A DNA stretch of 64,000 bases from Octopus bimaculoides (taxonomy: Eukaryota): the NCBI RefSeq assembly GCF_001194135.2, contig NC_068983.1, forward strand, positions 82,838,786 through 82,902,785. The letters are read 5' to 3'. This document shows, piece by piece, positions 12,561-25,009 of this stretch. The notes under the pieces are model-generated. The model ran no database searches, was not told where the DNA came from, and saw only the letters and a program-made list of their open reading frames with translations. The translations under genes and the position numbers were made by a program. How positions within the stretch are numbered: position 1 is the first letter of the stretch; every line of letters begins with the position of its first letter.

Positions 12561-13217
12561 GGACGATATCTGTTTTAAGATGATGAATCCGTTGCCCACC
12601 TGGCACTTGGGTGTCTTTAGAGAAGATCCTTTAATTGCAAACTTTCTGAGAAAAGGTCTGCAGTATCGACAGAATAAATAACTGAATGCTTCCTTTCCTG
12701 GGGACAGCAATCCCTACGACAATCATTAGTGGAACGAAAACAGTTTATTATAATTATTCATGTAAGGATTATTCAAATAACCCATTGCTTTCTCTTGAAT
12801 GTGAGTATGGATACTATTGACTAAGATATAGATGCGAAACAGTGTTTTAATACAAAAACATAAAGATAGTAAAATAGATTTTGTTGTATGAAGGATTACA
12901 GAATATACAAATATCGTGCTGATATATACTTCGACATTATATATTTTCAATATTCTTATGTTTGAATCGTTCAAGCAAAAGTTGATCCTCCGACATTGTC
13001 CCCGTAATAATTTGATCCGTTCGTAACAAACTTGATCTGGCGTATCAATTTCATCCTATTAAGTCAGCGCACATCTTGAGAACTAAACATTGATGAGATC
13101 AGGCAGTGGCAGCATTCGTATATCTTCTGTGTATACATGTGCATATTACATTGATATCTAGAGGAGTTTGTGTAGGTGTATAAACATGCATATCCTAATG
13201 CATAGACATTCTCCCCC

Positions 13218-13253
<36 letters not shown>

Positions 13254-13309
13254 TTCACATACATATTATATACATGTACTTACACAAATACAGGCGCACA
13301 GAGACAAAG

Positions 13310-13355
<46 letters not shown>

Positions 13356-15156
13356 GTATACAGTGCGTGTATGGATATAACTTTATGTATGTATGCACAT
13401 TTATATACATAGATGAATGTTCTTAGGGAACATAGAGAAATATATACAAGCACATTCGCACATATACTTACACACACACACACATACATACAGAAACACC
13501 CACACGTACAAGATCTACTGATCCGTCTTCATCACAGTAGATTTATTCTCTCCGGATAATCCCTAACAGTTGATTTGTTTCTCGAGATAATCTTTTCATG
13601 TGCTTATTTACATAGGGCACAGGTCATGTGGAATTGGTGGGAATGGGGAAGTGGGAGAGATAACATGAGGGAGAGAGAGGTGGGAGAGAGATGGGTGAAC
13701 AATGTTTCATTTATCTAAGATAAGTTCGTCCTATATATACATATATATATTTCTATCAATCTATCGATTTACACAAACACACACACACACTCACACACAT
13801 ATATACATACACACACACACACACACACACNNNNNNNNNNNNNNNNNNNNNNNNNNNNNNNNNNNNNNNNNNNNNNNNNNNNNNNNNNNNNNNNNNNNNN
13901 NNNNNNNNNNNNNNNNNNNNNNNNNNNNNNNNNNNNNNNNNNNNNNNNNNNNNNNNNNNNNNNNNNNNNNNNNNNNNNNNNNNNNNNNNNNNNNNNNNNN
14001 NNNNNNNNNNNNNNNNNNNNNNNNNNNNNNNNNNNNNNNNNNNNNNNNNNNNNNNNNNNNNNNNNNNNNNNNNNNNNNNNNNNNNNNNNNNNNNNNNNNN
14101 NNNNNNNNNNNNNNNNNNNNNNNNNNNNNNNNNNNNNNNNNNNNNNNNNNNNNNNNNNNNNNNNNNNNNNNNNNNNNNNNNNNNNNNNNNNNNNNNNNNN
14201 NNNNNNNNNNNNNNNNNNNNNNNNNNNNNNNNNNNNNNNNNNNNNNNNNNNNNNNNNNNNNNNNNNNNNNNNNNNNNNNNNNNNNNNNNNNNNNNNNNNN
14301 NNNNNNNNNNNNNNNNNNNNNNNNNNNNNNNNNNNNNNNNNNNNNNNNNNNNNNNNNNNNNNNNNNNNNNNNNNNNNNNNNNNNNNNNNNNNNNNNNNNN
14401 NNNNNNNNNNNNNNNNNNNNNNNNNNNNNNNNNNNNNNNNNNNNNNNNNNNNNNNNNNNNNNNNNNNNNNNNNNNNNNNNNNNNNNNNNNNNNNNNNNNN
14501 NNNNNNNNNNNNNNNNNNNNNNNNNNNNNNNNNNNNNNNNNNNNNNNNNNNNNNNNNNNNNNNNNNNNNNNNNNNNNNNNNNNNNNNNNNNNNNNNNNNN
14601 NNNNNNNNNNNNNNNNNNNNNNNNNNNNNNNNNNNNNNNNNNNNNNNNNNNNNNNNNNNNNNNNNNNNNNNNNATATATGTATATATATATACCTACATA
14701 CATATATAAGTACATTCATGTATATATATATATATACACACACACATATCTACATACAGCTTTTACTGGCTGTTTACCATTATTATACGGTCGTCATAAA
14801 TGATAGAAAATATGACAATGGAATAATAAATCGTGATGGTGGTGGTACCGATGCTAGTTGTACAATAGGAATACTCTGTAATGATGATAATGATGGTGAG
14901 GCATACGTTGGGGTTAGTCATGTTTATGTCAGTGTTGTTCCTTGCTTGCAATAGGGTTCTGCCATGCCCGTGGTAGTGATGATGCCGCTAAACCTGGTTG
15001 TGCAGTTAAGCACGTGGATTGTAAGGTGGCGCTGGTCGGGAATGCTGGCAGTGGTCGTGTTGTAGTTGTCGTCGCTGGTGGTGGTGTTGCTGTTGTTGTT
15101 GTTGGTGGTGGTGATGGTGGTGGTGTTGGTGGTGGTGGTGGTTTTGGTGGTGGTGG

Positions 15157-15190
<34 letters not shown>

Positions 15191-15382
15191 ATTTGAGTTG
15201 ACGACAGATCGAGCGGTAGGAACTAGGGTCAACATAAGAAATAAGAAGTTACTTCCCCTCCTACACACACATACATACAGGAAAAATACATATCATGATA
15301 GACGTTAAAGGACACTGTGACCACTTATTGTAACTCTGTGACGAAGTGTAACATGGTCGGGTTGTCGATGGATCTTGCAATG

Positions 15383-15711
15383 CAGTTGTTCTCAACCGGG
15401 GTCCATATAAGATTTTTGAGGGTGCGCACCAGCAAAATAGTAAATTAGGGATCTACAGTAATACTTTGAGGGTCCATAAAAAGTTTTGACTTAAACGTAT
15501 GTATTTTATTATTTATATGTACGAAGCAGCTAAATTTCTTTCTCTAGTATTTTACGTGGTTGAACCTATACAAGTGAATAGTAAAACAGGAAGTTTGAAA
15601 GAAGTCTCAATAAAACTAGTTTTTAAACATCGAATGGCTATGGGGATCCACCAAAATAAAATAGTAAACAAAAATATGCATAGATAAAACAAAAACGGTT
15701 GAGAACCACTA
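15383..15711. mobile_element. hAT (Charlie-like) MITE
   Basis: TIRs CAGTTGTTCTCAACC (15383-15397) and GGTTGAGAACCACTA (15697-15711), 13/15 match; 8-bp TSD ttgcaatg/ttgtaata (6/8). Confidence 0.78.
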
Positions 15712-15864
15712 TTGTAATAGAACAACGTCGATAAAAGTTGACCCATGTCAGTTAAACGCTCTAATATGTTATTAAGTGCTTATTCAAGATTTGTCTTCAT
15801 AAAAACGGTTTATCAAATCACATTAAGCTTTCAAGCCCTTTTTCTTCCGTTATTTATCTTTATA

Positions 15865-17330
15865 TTTCTTGTTGTTATTATCATTATTGTTTTACTTCTC
15901 AGAACGCTCGCTCTTGTTTACTCTAGATTTTGTGAAAACGGACAGCAGGCTGTTGTCAGAGGTCTCCCAGGGTCTCTTTCCACACATTATAAGTTTTGAT
16001 ACTTGGTTATTAATTATCATAGGAGACATTCGGCATCCAATTACCAATCGCAAAATTTTAGCTGACCCCAGGAAAACAGTTTTTTGGGGCTTGCTCTTCT
16101 CTCATATCATTCCGATTTCTCTGGCATATATCTCGAACTTGGTTGTTAGTGCTCCGAGTGCCCCTACAACTACTAGAATGACACTTTCTCCACATAGTCC
16201 ACATTCTTGCATTTTCTTTTAGTAGTCCGTACTTTTCAATCTTTTCTAGTTCTTTGTCACTTATGCGTGCATCCACAGTTATTTCAATACCTATAATCTT
16301 GGTTTCCTTTCTTCCTTTATCGACCACAACAGCATCTGGTCTCTTATATTTCTTGTTCTCGGTGACTCCTTCTGGTTCATGTTCGTACCATTTCCGTGCT
16401 CTGTTCAGGCCGTACTTTTCACATAGCCTCCAGTGGACGAACTTAGCCACGTTATCGTACCTCGTTTTGTAGTACTTTTGGGTCAGCTTGCTACACTCAC
16501 TCACAATATGTGAGACTGTTTCGTTTTTGCTGCCACACATCCTAACAAGAGGTGATTCGCTGCTTGTTCCCGGGCGCTGCATATCAATGCCTCAGTGCAT
16601 CCTTTCAGATCACTTTTTCTTTGCTATCTCTAAGTGATAATCTTGTCTTTTCTTTCGATTTCTCTCAGGTATTCCCCATGCAGTGATTTCATTTTCCATT
16701 TCTGTATTCTTTCTTTTTCATCTTGTTTCATAAATGTTTGTGGAAGCATCACATTTTCAGCAAGTATTGTTTTGTTAATTCTAACAGCAGTAAGCAAGTA
16801 TTCACTCTGGTGTTTGATGTAACATCTTAGACTGTTCTTCTCGTTGACAACACAGATTTTACATCCTATAAGGCCACTTCCTCCCTTGTTCCTAGGCACA
16901 TACTGCTTGTCAGTATAGCTTTTGGGGTGTAGTTCCTTGTTAATTGCCATCACCTTTCTGCTTTTCCTGTCCATTTCATCAAGCACGTTCTTTGCCCACT
17001 TAACAACACCTGCGCAATACCGCACTATGGAAACACCCCATGTGTTCATTGCCCTGATCTTGTTTGATTCCATTGAGCCTACTTCCCATAATTAATTTCC
17101 TTCTTCCGAGATATTTTCGTTTAAAGCTTTCCTTCATCTCATTTTCCTTTGTCTTGCCGTTGGGTAGTTCTACACCATCAGACGACACTACTTTGCCTTT
17201 CTGTACAATAAGCATATAACACTTTTGAATCCCAACTTCCATTCCGATATTCTTACTGAATATCTGCACTGTTGAAACTAGGCCATTTATTGGGTCGTTT
17301 CTTATAACTGATGCTGATTTTAGCTGCAAT
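15865..17330 (-). mobile_element. Decayed R4/Dong-clade non-LTR retrotransposon (RT C-terminus, CCHC, RLE endonuclease)
   Basis: Fragments ...MEVGIQKC..., NKIRAMNTW, YVPRNKGGSGL, RMCGSKNETVSHIVSEC, HWRLCEKYG, KWYEHEP, RPDAVVVDK; frameshifts and stops; AAT/AAC-rich tail near 15870-15890. Confidence 0.92.
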
Positions 17331-18445
17331 TGTTGCCGTTGCTTTTGAGGGGAGTGAAGGAGATATTTTTTTTCAGTTCAGAGACACCCATTATTACCCC
17401 GATGACTTAGAGATCATCTGAGGTCAAGTAAGCAGCAAATATAAGGCTGCACCCATACCTATGATGTTCAATAAAAATATCAGTGCTTTAATGAAGTTGC
17501 ATGAAACTTCATGAAACTGACTAGATTTTGGAGAACGTGAATACATGTGTAAGCATCTGTCAGAGCTTGTTCCTCCGCGTTCACCAACTCACCTCGTTCT
17601 GGCTGAACAGCCCTTCCTGTTTGTTTTCACTGTCCTGTTTCTGTTAGCAACTTTGACCCTTCGCAAAATCTCAAATTTTATTTAAGTTGCTTTGCGGGAG
17701 CAATTGTTTTGTCGAAAANNNNNNNNNNNNNNNNNNNNNNNNNNNNNNNNNNNNNNNNNNNNNNNNNNNNNNNNNNNNNNNNNNNNNNNNNNNNNNNNNN
17801 NNNNNNNNNNNNNNNNNNNNNNNNNNNNNNNNNNNNNNNNNNNNNNNNNNNNNNNNNNNNNNNNNNNNNNNNNNNNNNNNNNNNNNNNNNNNNNNNNNNN
17901 NNNNNNNNNNNNNNNNNNNNNNNNNNNNNNNNNNNNNNNNNNNNNNNNNNNNNNNNNNNNNNNNNNNNNNNNNNNNNNNNNNNNNNNNNNNNNNNNNNNN
18001 NNNNNNNNNNNNNNNNNNNNNNNNNNNNNNNNNNNNNNNNNNNNNNNNNNNNNNNNNNNNNNNNNNNNNNNNNNNNNNNNNNNNNNNNNNNNNNNNNNNN
18101 NNNNNNNNNNNNNNNNNNNNNNNNNNNNNNNNNNNNNNNNNNNNNNNNNNNNNNNNNNNNNNNNNNNNNNNNNNNNNNNNNNNNNNNNNNNNNNNNNNNN
18201 NNNNNNNNNNNNNNNNNNNNNNNNNNNNNNNNNNNNNNNNNNNNNNNNNNNNNNNNNNNNNNNNNNNNNNNNNNNNNNNNNNNNNNNNNNNNNNNNNNNN
18301 NNNNNNNNNNNNNNNNNNNNNNNNNNNNNNNNNNTGTGTGTGTGTGTGTGTGTATGTGTGTGTGTGTGTGTGCGTGCGTGAACGTGTGTGTGTGTTTGTG
18401 TGTGTTTGTGTTTGTCTGTGTGTCTGTGTGTCTGTGTCTGTGTGT

Positions 18446-18612
18446 AGGCGCAGGTGCAGCTGTGCGGTAAGAAGTTTGCTTCCCAACTACATGGATCAAG
18501 GTTCAATCCCACTTCGTGACACCTGGGGCAAGTGTCTTCTACTACAGTCTCGTGCCGACGAAAGCCTTGTGAGTGGATTTGGCAGACGGAAGCTGCAAGA
18601 AGGCCGTCGTAT
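18446..18612 (+). mobile_element. SINE family 2 tRNA-like head
   Basis: ggcgcaggtgcagctgtgcggtaagaagtttgc (A box), ggttcaatccc (B box), followed by a (TA/CA)n tract. Confidence 0.85.
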
Positions 18613-18645
18613 ATACATATCTAAATATATGTTTATGTCATTATT

Positions 18646-18726
<81 letters not shown>

Positions 18727-19160
18727 GAACTTACGTACATACATTTGAATATATATATAGTTTAAAACTGCCATCAAGAGAATATTTGTATCCAATATAT
18801 ATAGATATTTGTATGTGTGTACGTAGGTATCTATCCTCACTAAACATGTAAATAAGTATATGCATGTAATACATGGTGTGTATGCAAACCAAGTTATATA
18901 ATTTATATACATTTTAATATATCTATATAATATATTTTATATTTTGAAATGCGATCATATTTATATGTAATTTATGTTTACAATGTGCATGTATGTATGA
19001 ATATATACACCATGCTTCTTTTATATATGGCTAATGATTATAATTTAAATTTATAGACATAGAAATGCATACATATATTATACACATACTTACATACTGA
19101 GGAATGCAACAAAACACACCAGCAAACACACAGATACTTATAAATACATACACACTCACA

Positions 19161-19198
<38 letters not shown>

Positions 19199-19811
19199 TA
19201 TATATATATATAGGCATGCATAAATACACACACATATATACACATACATACATACATGCATATATATTACATAATACTTACATGTATATATACACACACA
19301 CACATTCATACATATACGCACAAATATATATGTATATGTATGTCTAGTTAATCTTATATATGTGCCTACATTCCTATCTATTAGAACAATGATTCTTATT
19401 ATCCTTGGTAATATTTTTATGTTCAATGGAAATTGTGCTCAAATTGTTGTTCTTAGTGTTGTTGTCATTCTTCTTCTAGACGTCTTCATCTCTACTTCTT
19501 CTCTAACTCTCCCTCCCTACTCCTACTCCAATAACCAGTACAGCTACGATCACTACGGCTGTGACAGCCGCTTGTACTGCTGCTGCTGCTACTGCTGCTG
19601 CAGTATCTGCAATTACTATTTTATTGCTGCTTTTCTTTTCCCTTTTTATTTATAGTAATACAAGTAATCTTTATCCCAAAGATTTAAAAGCTCTTTAGCA
19701 GTGTCTAAAAACGATAAACACCAACAGACACCACTGCCAACTCCACCATTACCACCTTTTTGAAAAACAAGATCAACAACAAATATATTACTATTGATCG
19801 CCGTTATCATC

Positions 19812-19874
<63 letters not shown>

Positions 19875-21339
19875 GTTAGCAAAAAAACAGCATCAATCAG
19901 AAGCAAACAAATATCAACCGTAATATCTACAATGTTTCCCTTTCCACATAAGAAATGAAAGAAGTAAAACATTTGTGTCTTCTAGATAATACCAAGTTAT
20001 ATAATGTAAGAATGGTCCATTGAGTGGTTAATATAGTAGAAGAAAAACAGAGGGAAGAGAGGGTTTGGCAAAACTAAGATGCACATTCAGAAAGCTTTGT
20101 ACACAACATAAAATATATAACAAGAAATACCACCAACAATCAAGAATATAGAAATAAAAACAAAGACGAAATAGGTATGGCATGGAGTGGTTGGAAGAAT
20201 AGTTTAAAAGGTATGAGGCACGATATTGAAAGAAAATATAGATGGACATACAGAATATAATAAGAAATGGTATGCTGGCATTGTATTTAGTGAACATTAA
20301 AAGGAGGAACAAAGTAAAAAGAAAATAGCATAAAGAAAAGAGCATAAGGATAAATATTCCGTCTATACAAATGTCTGCCTATCTATCTATTTCTTCATAT
20401 ATAAATGAACGTGTGTACGTGTCTGTGTGTGTGTCTCTGTGTGTGTCTGTGTGTGTGTATAGATACATATATATNNNNNNNNNNNNNNNNNNNNNNNNNN
20501 NNNNNNNNNNNNNNNNNNNNNNNNNNNNNNNNNNNNNNNNNNNNNNNNNNNNNNTATATATATATATCGATAGATAGATAGATACATACATACATACATA
20601 CATAAATACATACATACATACATGCATACATACATACGTACATATGTAAATGTGTATATATATATATATACACATATATATATATACACATATATATATA
20701 TATACACATATACACATATACACATATATATACATATGCATATGTGTACGTATTTATGTATGAATATGCTTATATATGTATGTATGTATTCATGAATGTA
20801 TGTATGTATATATACAAATGTGTGTCCGTGTGTGTGTGTGTATGTATGTACGCATTTTTGTGTGCGTATGTGCTTGAGTGCTTATTCATCTGTTAATCTA
20901 CGAGTTTCACTGCGCATATGCATGTATGTATATTTTTACGTATATGACTTTTTTTTTACTTCTACTGTACATGTATTTTGGGCAAATGTAATCCTTTATC
21001 AATCTTTATCATATAGATATATGCGTGGCTATCTCTAAGGTTACTTGTTACAAAGCAGACATGAATGGAATGTTTAATAAACATGGCTTTATATATAAAA
21101 GCTTCCTTACATTATCCGTATTAGTCAGCCAATAAAAAATGGTTAGATTTTGACCAACCATTTGGTTGAGAAGATATTAGATATTTTGTAGAACTCATTT
21201 TTTTTTAAAGTGATATTATTTTTTCGGGTATTATTAGAAATCTGTTTGTTTCACTTGTTAGATATTAATCATTTAACCAAATATAACTTTTCTGTGGGAC
21301 AGAGTACATGCCATTTTTAATCGCTTCTACGTTGTGTCA

Positions 21340-21898
21340 TTGAAATTTTGTTTCAATAGAGAGGTTGTGATGATGTTGATAATGATGACGGGCATGGTTA
21401 TAATGATCATCATTATTATCATAAGACAAGAGCATGATCAATGCGACGACGACGGAGACGAAAACGGTACCGAACATGATGATGATTATCATCACCACCA
21501 GCACCACCACCACCACCAGCACCACCACCACCACCACCACTGACGCCGCCGACGTCGTTATCATCATCATCACCATCATCATCATCAATATTACCACCGC
21601 CAATCGGAAGACCGTCTGCGATTAGGATTATTATTGTTGTTGTTGGTATTGGTAATGGTGGTGGCATTATTGTTATTGTTGTTGTTGTTGCTGCTGTTGT
21701 TGTTATTATTATGTGACGAAAACGCAGGTTATTTTGCTCGGTATGATGGAAAGTGTCAGCTGCTCACAGCCAGCAGACTAAGGTGACACTTGTTTACTGG
21801 TCATGCTTCAGGAACCCTGCGAAGAATTCTTGCAGCTCCAAGCAATGCTGATTTTTGTAGGTGTTCTACCTTCACACTTGCACCGATCTTTTTCAATG

Positions 21899-21954
<56 letters not shown>

Positions 21955-21968
21955 ATCATTATCATTAT

Positions 21969-22055
<87 letters not shown>

Positions 22056-22057
22056 CA
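21340..22057. repeat. Compound trinucleotide arrays (GAT/CAC/GTT and TAT/TAC)
   Basis: Direct reading; similar triplet arrays at 15060-15190, 19500-19875, 24600-24820, 40629-40855, 41073-41170, 46320-46410, 48390-48630, 48748-48925. Confidence 0.95.
21705..21895 (-). mobile_element. R4/Dong 3' end fragment
   Basis: KIGASVKVEHLQKSALLGAARILRRV* plus 3'UTR ending in (TAA/CAA)n. Confidence 0.85.
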
Positions 22058-22059
22058 TC

Positions 22060-22830
22060 TCTTTATCACAGGTTTTGTTGGAGCTCCTGGAGTTTTGCAT
22101 GCGCAGCGGGCTTACTACCTGCAGCCTCTGGTACCGTGCTATTCGCTCTGTTCAGCTATCTAATACTTTCCTGATTATTCTGACCGTGCCAAGCAGGCAA
22201 ACCTTTTGTAACAGTTCTATTGGGCACTCTATTCCAATTTCCTTTATATTCTTCTTGATGCCTTCTAATACTGTTCTCAAGGACCCAACAATAATTAGCA
22301 CTATCTTCACCTTCTTCATTTTCCATAGCTGGGCAATTTTGCACTTAAGATGATTGTATCTATCTTTTCGCCCACCTCCTTCACTATTTGTGGGTCAAAG
22401 TGACATGCAGCGTCAACTATGTAGGATATGTGATGCACCTTACCCACCACCACTAGGTCCGGTCTATTATGCTCTAGCACCTAATCTGTTTGGATTGGGA
22501 AACCCTAGAAGAATTTGCTAGTTTCCAATCCTCCACTCTCTATAGTTTGTGCTCATACCATGTCTTACTTCTATCTTGCCCCCACTTTTGCACAGCTTCC
22601 AATGTAGCACTTTCTCTACCTGATCGTGTCACCACAACTCATAGTAGTTTTGGACAAGTAAAGGGCATTCATTCGTGATATGGACAATGGTTTCATCTAC
22701 TTTATTGCAGATGCGACACAGCAGAGACACTTGCTCATTCGTCAAGTTGACCCTCCAGTTCGTGGCCAGAGCTTGGTCCTCTGCTACCAGTTTAGTGCTT
22801 GAAGTGTCTGCGCATTGTCAAGCGTAGTTA
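22060..22830 (-). mobile_element. R4/Dong 3' fragment with CCHC knuckle and RLE domain
   Basis: Manual translation LVAEDQALATNW, CRICNKVDETIVHITNEC, HDQVEKVLHWKLC, HNRPDLVV..VDAACHFD, LLQKVCLLGTVRIIRKVL; tail runs into the 21901-22057 triplet array. Confidence 0.9.
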
Positions 22831-23299
22831 TTTCCCTTAATACTGATTTATACTGAAGCATTTTAGTAAAAGAAATATTAAATTTTCTAATTTCCTATCA
22901 TTTTATTTTTATTTAAATCATTTTTACAATTATTCGTATCGTTTTGTATATGTTCGTAATAAAACTAACTTACGTTGGTGTCATTTTATTTTTGGCTTCG
23001 CTCTCGATAGATTTTTGCTTGTTTAGATATTTGAGTAGTATACCATTCACATTACTTCCTTGTCCTTTTTTTTCCTCAGTGTATTACCTTGATGAATACA
23101 TACGTTGTAACCATGGTGATTGAGAAGCTGTATAAAACATAGCAATTTATCTTATACACACGCACAAATGCACGATTATATCTATTTTTATATACCACTC
23201 TGTCTATAACAATATCTAGCTACATACCTGTAAATACTCACACACACGCAGACATATATATACACACATATATACATATACATATATATAAACATATGC

Positions 23300-23337
<38 letters not shown>

Positions 23338-24706
23338 ATATGCGTATATATATATATATACATATATATATANNNNNNNNNNNNNNNNNNNNNNNNNNNN
23401 NNNNNNNNNNNNNNNNNNNNNNNNNNNNNNNNNNNNNNNNNNNNNNNNNNNNNNNNNNNNNNNNNNNNNNNNNNNNNNNNNNNNNNNNNNNNNNNNNNNN
23501 NNNNNNNNNNNNNNNNNNNNNNNNNNNNNNNNNNNNNNNNNNNNNNNNNNNNNNNNNNNNNNNNNNNNNNNNNNNNNNNNNNNNNNNNNNNNNNNNNNNN
23601 NNNNNNNNNNNNNNNNNNNNNNNNNNNNNNNNNNNNNNNNNNNNNNNNNNNNNNNNNNNNNNNNNNNNNNNNNNNNNNNNNNNNNNNNNNNNNNNNNNNN
23701 NNNNNNNNNNNNNNNNNNNNNNNNNNNNNNNNNNNNNNNNNNNNNNNNNNNNNNNNNNNNNNNNNNNNNNNNNNNNNNNNNNNNNNNNNNNNNNNNNNNN
23801 NNNNNNNNNNNNNNNNNNNNNNNNNNNNNNNNNNNNNNNNNNNNNNNNNNNNNNNNNNNNNNNNNNNNNNNNNNNNNNNNNNNNNNNNNNNNNNNNNNNN
23901 NNNNNNNNNNNNNNNNNNNNNNNNNNNNNNNNNNNNNNNNNNNNNNNNNNNNNNNNNNNNNNNNNNNNNNNNNNNNNNNNNNNGGTGTTTATAAGCCATT
24001 TAAAATAACACACAAAATCCGTTAGATTCACTTCAACATTTAAATTTAATTTGTCAAAATATTTTCGTCGCTTTGAGACCGTGACCTAACGGATTTTGTG
24101 TGTTATTTTAAATGGCTTATAAACACCTTCCACGCTGCAATTGTTTTATATATATATATACATGTGCATGAATGTACTAATGTATATAAAAATAAGCCTA
24201 ACACTATATCACACTAAGCTTGATTCGAATCTAACATGACAAACGTGGAGAATAAATAACGAATTAAGATAAAAACTATAAATCAGATGATAAAGGAACT
24301 TAAACATATGTTCTAATTTAGGCGGCTCAAGTGAACTGATATTTTAGATAATTACAAGATAATGATTAAGATGAATTTAACAATTACTAAAACAAATTAT
24401 AACTATACTTGAAAAAATTGTTACATTTTCAAAATACTAAAAAAAAAAAAACGTTGAACATTGCACTTCAGTTTCCATGGTGACAACTAAATACTCAATT
24501 TCAAAGCGTTTAACACACAGATGTTTGCTTTCGTATAAAATTTAGAGACTAGCATGTTTTTAAATTTAAGCATTCTAAAACGTTAATGGTTGACGTAAGT
24601 TTATTATTGTCATTGTTGTTGTTGTTGTTGTTATTATTATCATCATCATCATCATTATTGTTGCTATTATTTTTGTTATCATCATCATCATCATCATCAT
24701 CATTAC

Positions 24707-24748
<42 letters not shown>

Positions 24749-24773
24749 GCTGCTGCTGCTGATGATGATGATT

Positions 24774-24818
<45 letters not shown>

Positions 24819-24973
24819 GTAAATGGACACAGAAGAACAGCTTGAAAAAGTGTTTAGTGATTCGATCAGCGCCAGTGCAGTGCTTAGTTTTGTGTTTGCT
24901 AATCTAAAAGTGGAATGACTGCGGCCAAAAAATCTATTCCTACAGAACGTCTGTGTGTGTGTGTGTGTGTGTG

Positions 24974-25009
<36 letters not shown>

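Noticed and set aside
14942-15196. Gly/Ala-rich ORF
   Set aside because: Translation of a GGT/GTT/GCT triplet array.
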